DNA of 64,000 nucleotides. Origin: Octopus vulgaris (Eukaryota). Every line of letters begins with the position of its first letter. The first letter of the stretch is position 1. The translations under genes and the position numbers were made by a program. Positions 54,861-64,000 of the stretch are shown here, piece by piece. The notes under the pieces were generated by a model. That model was not told the DNA's origin. It did no database searches and saw nothing but the letters and a program-made list of their open reading frames with translations. Location of the stretch: positions 15,996,001-16,060,000 of the forward strand of contig OX597820.1 in assembly GCA_951406725.2 (NCBI GenBank), written 5' to 3'.

Positions 54861-55637
54861 AAGATTTGCCTACTAAGCCCATTTCGTGCCATATTTCGCG
54901 CCATATTTACCTATGCACTACCGGTCTTATTCTGTCATAAATTATGCGTCATTTTTCTTACTACAGCCATACCTCGACTTAGGTCGTATTTAGCAATATC
55001 TTTTACGACTTCGTCGTTTTGAACAGAAAAAAAAAACAATCTCAACAACAGTTGATTTATCCGACTTTACGTCTGTCACAGCTAACATATATAAAAGCAT
55101 AAATTTATACAAAAAAAAAACACTATCTAAAACCCAATACTGAAGTGGAAAATCAAATGCTATACAAGCGAAAATATGTGCAATTCAATTATTGAAGCAG
55201 ATCTAAGCTAATATATTTTTTTTAATGTTTATTTGTGTTAAGCCGTCTTTCGAGTTAAATTTGTATGCTTTGTAACCAACTATCTGCATAACTAGAAGCC
55301 TGTATATATTCTAGTTCGCTATATAGACTACTAAGTTACCTTATAACATGGGTATCACTGGTGATTTCTATTGTACATCCATTGGGTACCGCGTGAGTCA
55401 TTGGTGATACGTATGTTACGCTAAACGTTGATTTAAATTACATTCGTAATGAAGCGAAAGAAAAAAAAAAACATTAGCGTCAATGATAAGTTTTGTAAAG
55501 GAATACAAGGGAGACAATTCCAAAATCCAAATGAATTAAAAATTGAATGCAGACAAACAGTAAAATCGACAACGTATAACTTCGCATTAAATTTTTGGCC
55601 TTTGAACCTAAATAAATGTTGATTAAGGCGACGAGCT

Positions 55638-55951
55638 GTGGAGGCGCAATGGCCCAGTGGTTAGGGCAGCGAACTCACGGTCTGAGGATCGCGGTTTCGA
55701 TTCCCACACCGGGTGCTGTGTGTTTATTGAGCGAAAACACCTAAAAGCTCCATGACCCTCCGGCAGGGGTTTGTGGTGGCCCCTGTTGTACTCTTTCGCC
55801 CCAACTTTCTCTCACCCTTCCTTTCTTGCTGTTTCTTGAGTAACGCTGCGATGGACTGGCGTCCCGTCCAGCTGGGGGGAACACATATGCCACAGAAACC
55901 GAGAAACCGGGCCCATGAGCCTGGCTAGGCTTGAAAAGGGCGAAAAGAAAG
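55638..55951 (+). mobile_element. SINE family B3 (B head with a V-domain-like tail) inserted in the head of an old family C copy
   Basis: TSD AAGG(C/T)GACGAGCT at 55625-55637 and 55952-55964; tail contains CTGCGATGGACTGGCGTCCCGTCCAG. Confidence 0.9.
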
Positions 55952-56847
55952 AAGGTGACGAGCTGGCAGAATCGTTAGCATGATGGACAAAATACTTAGT
56001 GGTATTTCGTCCGTGTTTACGTTCTGAGTTCAAATTCTGCCAAAGTCGACCTTCCTGTTCATCCTTTCGGGATTGATAAAATAAGGACCAGTTGCATACT
56101 GGGGGTCAATATAATCGCCTAGCCCCCTTCCCCTAAAATTTCTGGCCTTGTGCCCACTGTAGTATGGATTAAACTGTTAACTGGCTAAAATGACTGAGAA
56201 CTAATTAAATAGTTTACGGTATTTAGTTACAAGTCTGTGCGCTCTGGTTTCAATTCCTGTCTAAGAGAACTTGCTTTTCATTCTCCACAGGATCGGTGAA
56301 GTAAGTACCACTGGTTGTTGTTGTTGTTTAAACCTCAAGTCAGTCCCGACTGAGCAGACCTGTGATCAAAGGCATACCAGCCATGACCAACTTGTATTTT
56401 CATATATCAGTGAGCATATTGTCTTGTGTATTCCTTCTATTTTTTAAGACGACGAGATTAGATTAGAAGGAGATTTGGTAACTATTTCTGGCATGTCGAA
56501 TGACCACATAGAGATCCTCGAGTAAGCAAGCACTCGTCATATACTAAGGCCGGCTTAATCCATTGTACCTTTCTTTCTAAATTTTTAGCCGTCAGCCAGC
56601 GTTGGAAAATTATTTCCATATAATCTGAAAGTGTTGTGTAGGGAGAAACGATCTTTCAATTCGATTTTTTATCTTTTCTGTTTTTTTAAATATTGATTTC
56701 TTACATGGTGCCCACGGTCGATGTCATAGGGACGGACATAATCGATACCAATATATGACTGTTTTTTTTATTTTATCGACCTTTGGATCATTGAAACAGG
56801 GCAAAATTAAAAATAAGCAAATTATCGACCTTTGTGTAAAACGGCGA

Positions 56848-57441
56848 GACTAATGACTAAGCATGACTAAAGACTATTGAGGACTGATCACTAATTGATT
56901 AATAACTATAAATGACTGACGACTACATATGACGAATATATGACTAATAACTATATATATGTTGAAAGACTATATAAGACGAATGACTATATGACTAATG
57001 ACTGTATATATGACTAATGACTATGACGAATGAGTATACGATTAATGATTATATATGACTAAATTACTGTATATATGACTAATGACTATGATGAATGACT
57101 GTATATGACGAATGAGTATATGACTAAATGACTCTATATGACTAGTGACTGTATATGATGAATGAATATACGATTAATGTTTATATATGACTAAATGACT
57201 AATGACTATGACGAATAACTATATATGACGAATGAGTATATATGAGTATATAACTAATGGCCATGACGAATGACTATATAAGACGAATGTGTATATGACT
57301 AATGACTCTATATGACTAGTGTCTATATCTGACTAATGAGTATACGATTAATGACTATATATGACTAAATGACTATATATGACTAAGAGCTATGACGAAT
57401 GATTATATATATCGAATGAGTATATATATCGAACGACTATG
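56848..57441. repeat. Degenerate (ATGACTA)n-based minisatellite
   Basis: Recurring ATGACTA, ATGACGA and ATGAGTA units. Confidence 0.9.
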
Positions 57442-57559
57442 ATATGTTTAGTTCAAACAATAGATACATTTTATGCCTCGAGAAAGAAGAGAACGTTTCG
57501 GCCATAACTCTTCCTCAAAGAGACGAAATATCTTCTATTGATCTTTCATAACTCTATCT

Positions 57560-57724
57560 CCATCTCTCTTTCCTTCTTTCTTTCTTTATTTCTTTCTTTC
57601 ACCCGTTCTTTATTTATTTATTTCTTCCTTTACTTATTTCTTTCATCCATTCTTTATTTCTTTCTTTCATCCATTCTATATTTCTTTCTTTCCATCTTTT
57701 TTCTTTCTTTCTTTCCATCTTTTT

Positions 57725-57766
<42 letters not shown>

Positions 57767-58142
57767 TTTCATCCTTTCTTTCATCCTTCCTTTCATCCTT
57801 CCTTTAATCCTTCCTTTAATCCTTTCTTTCTTTCTTTCTTCCTTTCTTTATTTCTTTCTATTTCTCATTATTTCTTTCTTTCTTTTTTCTTTCTTTCTTT
57901 CTTTCTTTATTTTTCTTTCTTTCTTTCTTTCTTTCTTTCTTTTTTCTTTCTTTCATTCTTTCATCTTTTCTTTCATCTTTTCTTTCTTTCTTTCTTTCTA
58001 TTCCTCATTATTTCTTTCTTTCCTTTTTCTTTCTATTCCTCATTATTTCTTCCTTTCCTTTTTCTTTCTATTCCTCATTATTTCTTTCATTCTTTCTTTC
58101 ATTATTTCTTTCTCTTTCTTCCTTCTTTCTTTCTTTCTTTCT
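57560..58142. repeat. Degenerate (TTTC)n polypyrimidine tract
   Basis: Visible. Confidence 0.95.
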
Positions 58143-58644
58143 CACTTTTTTCTCCCCCCCCCCACCTCTCTCTCTCCAACGAATCTCCCGATTGAAACGC
58201 TAGACCTCTCTCCTTCCTCACCCCACAATAACACCAATTCCCCGCTTCTGTTTCAACCAACTTCAGCGTCCTTCGTTCTCCACTGTTTTGCCACACGAGG
58301 TCAGTCGGAAGTTCTCACAAAATATGAAATTAAAAACATTTTATTTATGGAAGGATGTTGTTTAGAAGATTGATGCATTCATTTTATCACTGACAATCTT
58401 TATTTAATTTATCATAACTATTAAATTATAACAGAATTATAATATCAACTTACATATCTTTCATCTTTTACTTGCTTCAGTCATTTGATTGCGGCCATGC
58501 TGGGGCACCGCCCTGATGAAATTTTTAGTCGAACGAATCGATCCCAGTACTTTTTTGAAGCCTGGTACATATTCTATCGTTCACTTTTGTCGAAACACCA
58601 AGTTACGGAGACGTAAACGAACATCAGTTGTCAAGCGGTGGCGG

Positions 58645-58676
<32 letters not shown>

Positions 58677-58761
58677 ACATGCATACATGCACACACACAC
58701 ACACAAAAGCACGTGCGCGCGCGTACGCACAGACACAGAGACACACATACATGCATAAATG

Positions 58762-58802
<41 letters not shown>

Positions 58803-59230
58803 GTAACTTTACGGTTCGGCAAAAGAGACCGATAGAATAAGTACCAGGCTTACAAAGAATAACTCTAAGGGTCGATTTCTTCGACTAAAAGGCAGTGCTT
58901 CAGCATGGCCGCAGTCAAATAACTTAAACAAGTAAAAGAAAAAAAATACATATATATATATGACGAAGCTTCTTTCAGTTTCCGTCTACCAAATCCTCTC
59001 ACAAGACCATATTTAGCACTACGGAATAATAGAAGACACTCGCCCAAGGTGTCACGCAGTGGATTGAACCTGCGCGTATCGGACATAAACTTGAATTATA
59101 ATGAAAAAAATTATTACAATTATTAAATTATCACTTAATTAACCTTTCTGTTATAGGCACAGGACCTGAAATTTGCAGGGGATGGGGTTAAGACAATTAC
59201 ATCACCCTCAGTATTCTTTTTTATTATTTA

Positions 59231-59842
59231 TGCGCCCTTTTCAAACCTAGCCAGTCTCATGGCCCCGGTTTCCCGGTTTCTGTGGCGTATGTGTTCTCCC
59301 CCCCCCCAGCTGAACGGGACGCCAGTCCATCACAGCGTTACTCAAGAAACAGGAAGAAAGAGTGAGAGAAAGTTGGGGCGAAAGAGTACAACAGGGGTCG
59401 CCATCACCCCCTGCCGGAGCCTCGTGGAGCTCGATAAACACACACAACGCCCGGTCTGGGAATCGAAACTGCGATCCTCCGATCGCGAGTCCGCTTCCCT
59501 AACCACTCGGCCCGGCCCAGCCCTTTGTCGGTTACGACGACGAGTGTTCCATTTGATCCGATCAACCGAACAGCCTGCTCGTGAAATTAACGTGTAAGTG
59601 GCCGAGCAATCCACAGACACGCGTACTCTTAACGTAGTTCTCAGGGTGATTCAGCGTGACACAGACTGTTACAAGGTTGGCTCTTTTGAATCGCAAGTAT
59701 TACTAATTTTTGCCGGCTGAGTGGAGTGGAGCAACGTGAAATAAAGTGTTTTAATCAAGGACTCAGCGCGCCGTTGGGTATCGAACTTACGACTTTATGA
59801 TCGTCAACCGAAGACTTTAACCACTAAGCCATGCGCCTTCAC
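59231..59842 (-). mobile_element. SINE family B3 (59231-59510) abutting SINE family D (~59520-59842)
   Basis: Consensus matches to the copies at 55638 and 2232. Confidence 0.88.
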
Positions 59843-59859
59843 CAACGGTTAGAACCATC

Positions 59860-60455
59860 ATGAAAAATGCTGACAAAAAGCTTCTGCAATTACGATCTTA
59901 TTAGGACCAGTGAAGTAAGGAGGTGACTCTCTCTAGGAATAAACAAACTTTTGGAGAAAATAGTAGAGACGCTTCTTAAAACAATGGACGGCGAAACGCT
60001 GCGAAACACGACATTAAACCTATTCCTTACATGGATTATCAAGGAACAGAATGGTAATTGCTCCTGAATTATCTCTTCTTATAAGGACACTTATAAGAAG
60101 AAGGAGATAAAGTCAGGAACAATTACAACCAACAGAGTTTGGTTCCATTGATTCAAACAGCATAAATATTATTGGAGCATCAGATAAAATGCGTTGAAAT
60201 ATTCGTTTTAGCTCTTTAAGATCCGAGTTAAATCCGTTGAGACCGACTTTGCCTTTCATCTCCGCAGCGTCAACAAAACAAGAACCGATCGAGTACTTCG
60301 CAGTTTCTATGCCTTTGGTGAAGTTGCACGTGCAAACGCTCGGTTAGCCAAGAAATTTTTCCAGGTTCTTAAGAGTACCAGTGAACCAAAAAATTAACCT
60401 CCCCAATTTGTATTCAACGTGGATGACACAGGCCTTTTCTAGCAAAGAATGAATA
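59860..60455 (+). mobile_element. Tigger/pogo transposase remnant, interrupted by an old SINE C (~60170-60295)
   Basis: GEVARANARLAKKFFQVLK...PPQFVFNVDDTGLF*QRM resembles GEAASAD...PEQVFN.DETGLFWKRM; upstream WF..FK is typical of the CENP-B HTH. Confidence 0.8.
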
Positions 60456-60621
60456 CATAGGTATGTTTAGCTTAAACTTCTAGGGAACAGGCAAGAAATT
60501 CTTGGGTAGAGAGAAAATTCCAGAGATTTATTCTTTTCTATTCTAAGCACAAATATATAAATAGTACTTAACTTATCGACCCGAAAGGATGAAAGGCAGA
60601 AGACCACCTCGGCGGAATTTG

Positions 60622-60767
60622 ATAGGTGTGGGAACAACAAACAGGTATATTAGTTTGACAGTCGGGAAAAAATGAAAAAAGTCTTTGACATTTCGAGCGT
60701 AAGCTCTTCGACAGAAAAGGATGAGAGGAAAATATATATAGAGAGAGAAAAAGAAACATGACAGGAT

Positions 60768-60770
<3 letters not shown>
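60622..60770 (-). mobile_element. Family F hammerhead-bearing element; motif at 60683-60718
   Basis: uuuu-CUGUCGA-a-GAGC(uuac)GCUC-GAAAUGUC-aaag; next to (CA)n. Confidence 0.62.
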
Positions 60771-60865
<95 letters not shown>

Positions 60866-61327
60866 GACGGACTTCCGAACAGTTTCCGTCTATCAAATTC
60901 AGTTAGAAGGCAATGGTTGACCCTGGGCTATTATAAAAAATACATGCCCAAGATATTGCGCAGTGGGACTGAACCAGAAACCATGCCGTTGCAAAGCGAG
61001 CTTTGTAGCCATACAGCCATATCTGCGTTTCTCTTCTGCAAATTTTTTGCACACCAAATTTTATTATCACTTCACTTTTGAATAGCATTTTGTGTGGAAG
61101 GAAAATCGAAGAATTGAAGCAACAAGTGGAAGAATGAAACAATACAGCAAAGGATGAGAAAATAAAGACAGAATGTAAGAGAAAGTTCAAGACTAAACCA
61201 ACAAATAAGAAAAGTCTGTATGATTGAGCGTGAATGTGCAGGATACGTGTGGTATTAAAATACCACAAGGAAGTCGATAGATATGAAGTAGAACATGGGC
61301 AGTGAATAAGAAGCTGGTTATATGTTA

Positions 61328-61486
61328 TGGCGTAGCCAGAGCGTGTGCTGCCTGGAGCACGGCCTTCAGTTTTTCCCCCAATCCCCGGAGCCCCATCAAG
61401 CCTATACAAATCTCATACAGCAGACTCAAATGTGTTGCTTCCTTAAAAGCATCACCCGCGGCGAACCGCCCCTAAGCTATGCTACA
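61328..61486. mobile_element. Possible decayed PIF/Harbinger-type MITE
   Basis: Imperfect ends TGGCGTAGC and GCTATGCTA around a GC-rich interior. Confidence 0.35.
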
Positions 61487-61965
61487 GGTTATATGTGGCT
61501 GTGTGGCAACATTGAGAAAGATAGAGAGAATGGGGAAGAGATACTACGATATAACATGAAAGACTAACGGTAGCGTGAATACCAGGAAGAACTTCGATAA
61601 AGGAATCGATTATGACAAGAAATCATAAACGAATAACTGTTTCTTGATTTGAGAATTGTTTAAAGAAGACGCCGTCAAAGACAAGCGAGTGCTTTGGCGA
61701 TACAACATTAAGGAGACGAAGAATTTTCTTCAGTTTTATCAATCTGTTGTCCATTCTTTGATTCGTTTTCTTCGGTTACTTGTTTCAGTCAATAGACTGC
61801 GGCTATGCTGGAGCAACCCCCTGAAGGGTTTAGTTGACCAGATCGGCTCTAGTATATATATATATTTTTTTTAAGCCTGGTATTTATTCTCTCGGTATTT
61901 ATTCCCTGCTTTGACATTGGGGAGTAAATAAACCAGCATCGGTTGCCAAGCGGTTGGAGGGGCAA

Positions 61966-62059
<94 letters not shown>

Positions 62060-62149
62060 ACATTCATAAACAGACGAATGGGTTATTAGATATGGCTACA
62101 AACGCTTCCTGAACAGTCTTTATGTACATCTATAAGATATGTTATGCAA

Positions 62150-62304
62150 GAGTGGCTGTGTTGTAAGAAGCTTGCTTCTCAACCACATGGTTCCGGGTTC
62201 AGTCCCACTACGTGGCACCTTGGGCACGTAATTTCTACTATAGCCTCGGGCCGACCAAAGCCTTGTGAGTGGATTTGGTAGATGGAAACTGAAAGAAGCC
62301 CGTC

Positions 62305-62352
<48 letters not shown>

Positions 62353-62556
62353 GTGTCTATGTTTGTTCCGCACCATCGGTTGAGAGCCGATGCTGGTGTG
62401 TTTTACGTCCCCGTAACTTAGCGGTTCGGCAAAAGTGAACGATAGAATAAGTACTAGGCTTACAAAGAATAAGTCCTTGGGTCTATTTGTTCGGATAAAG
62501 ACGGTGCTCCAGCATGGCCGCTGTCAAATGACTGAAACAAGAAAAAGAATAAAAGA
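62150..62556 (+). mobile_element. SINE family A
   Basis: Near-consensus; a diverged minus-strand A tail lies at ~61775-61965. Confidence 0.92.
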
Positions 62557-62991
62557 AAAACTCTCAACTCATCAGGTTTACCAAATATACAAAGAAGCAG
62601 TGACATATCGCTTAATCAACAGTTCAACAAGAAGCTTCCTGATGAGCTGAGGGCTGCGTAACACATTACACAATTTTATGGATGCATACAGCATACCCGA
62701 CTGCACTATGCCTGCGTCACAATAAAGACCCATAGCAAAACAACAGTAGCAATACCAGATATTCGTCTGTTTTTATCATGTTCTTACGCCAGGCTTAAGG
62801 TTCTGTTCATCGTTTGATGCTTTTGGTGACTATTGTAGCTGTGGATTACCTAACAACAGTGAACTTTCATTCATCGATGCATTCTGCGCTTTGATAACGG
62901 ATCAATTAACTGTTTTGCGTCATTCTATCAAATCAATTGTGTCAAATCAATTTGATATGCCTCTATTCGTAATGGATCCCCAGTAATCAAA

Positions 62992-63086
<95 letters not shown>

Positions 63087-63271
63087 GCACACACACATAC
63101 ACACACACATGTCTATATATGGCTGTGTGTCGATTAGTGTGCTGAAGTGTTGAATAGAGCACTGGCACAGTCTGGGCTACCTGGTGTCTTCTACAGTCGG
63201 GGTATGTTTCCTTTGGATCTACTTCAGGAATTCCGCAGTATTTGTTGAGATAATAATAATAATAATTTCTT

Positions 63272-63643
63272 AAGTAACCAGAAGATGGATTTGGTATTAA
63301 TATTTATTTTGTGCATTTTGCAACTGTCCCTCTGTTCAGCATGTGCTGCATCCATTCTGCTGTCTGGGTCTCATCAGGTACGTCCATTCATAAAGTTGTG
63401 TCTCGCTAAAGATCCTGAATTTTGGCTGTCATGTTGTTATATCCTGGTCCGGGCATGACAGCCAAAATACAGGATCTTTAGCGAGACACAACTTTATGAA
63501 TGGATGTACCTGATGAGACCCAGACTGCAGAATGGATGCAGCAGATGTTGAACGGAGTCCACCCATAAGGGACAGTAGCAATGTGGGTCGAAACGACCGT
63601 TATACAAAATAAAGATTAATACCAAATTCCTTTCTGGTTACTT
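63272..63643 (+). mobile_element. Long inverted-repeat Penelope-like element
   Basis: Arms ~63272-63433 and 63454-63643 with a 20-bp spacer; the right arm holds a hammerhead followed by AATAAA. Confidence 0.75.
63504..63606 (+). ncRNA. Type I hammerhead-like motif with a ~60-nt insertion in loop II
   Basis: CUGAUGA 63510-63516; GACCCA 63517-63522 pairs with UGGGUC 63584-63589; GAAA 63590-63593; ACG/CGU stem III; stem I UGUA/UACA with a mismatch at the first pair. Confidence 0.65.
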
Positions 63644-63649
63644 TTTTTT

Positions 63650-63840
63650 TCAATATGTGACTGCGTGTGTATCGTTGGCGATTTTCTTTCTCCATCTTCC
63701 CTTCTTTGGACTTTTTCTATATTTCTGACGAAGAGCTCTGCTCGAAACGTGAAATCCTCTTTCTTTCGTTTCCTTTCCTGAGCGTCCAATAACACTGTAC
63801 TTATTCGACGTTGTTGTTTTTTCTTGCTTGTTCATGCTCT
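63650..63840 (+). mobile_element. Family F element with the most canonical core; hammerhead motif at 63721-63755
   Basis: auuu-CUGACGA-a-GAGC(ucu)GCUC-GAAACGU-G-aaau; canonical core, but G at the cleavage position. Confidence 0.72.
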
Positions 63841-63847
63841 CCCTCTC

Positions 63848-63935
<88 letters not shown>

Positions 63936-64000
63936 CATATATAGATACATGCATACATACATGTACATATACATACACACACACTTATATATAATATATA

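Overview
This is eukaryotic, repeat-saturated DNA that looks non-coding (a large intron or intergenic region). Its SINE families and extreme microsatellite density best fit a coleoid cephalopod, probably Octopus; this is an inference from recalled repeat families, not a database hit. No host protein-coding exon can be supported, and almost all ORFs in the track are translations of microsatellites or SINEs. The window contains dozens of tRNA-derived SINE copies in about four modular families (called A-D here), decayed LINE fragments (RTE, CR1/L2-like, R4/Dong-like), an internally deleted mariner, a Tigger/pogo remnant, hAT-type MITEs and a Helentron-type element. Two signals stand out. (1) About 10-15 minimal type I hammerhead-ribozyme motifs sit in short, often palindromic, Penelope-like or retrozyme-like elements lodged in (TA)n/(CA)n tracts. 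They include an apparently intact G3:C8-swapped hammerhead and two spacer-less palindromes in which one arm has lost exactly the 14 nt covering the catalytic core. (2) SINE family C forms head-to-tail concatemers at six loci, always rejoined at the same point in the loop of its anticodon-like hairpin. All coordinates were read by eye and may be off by a few bases.
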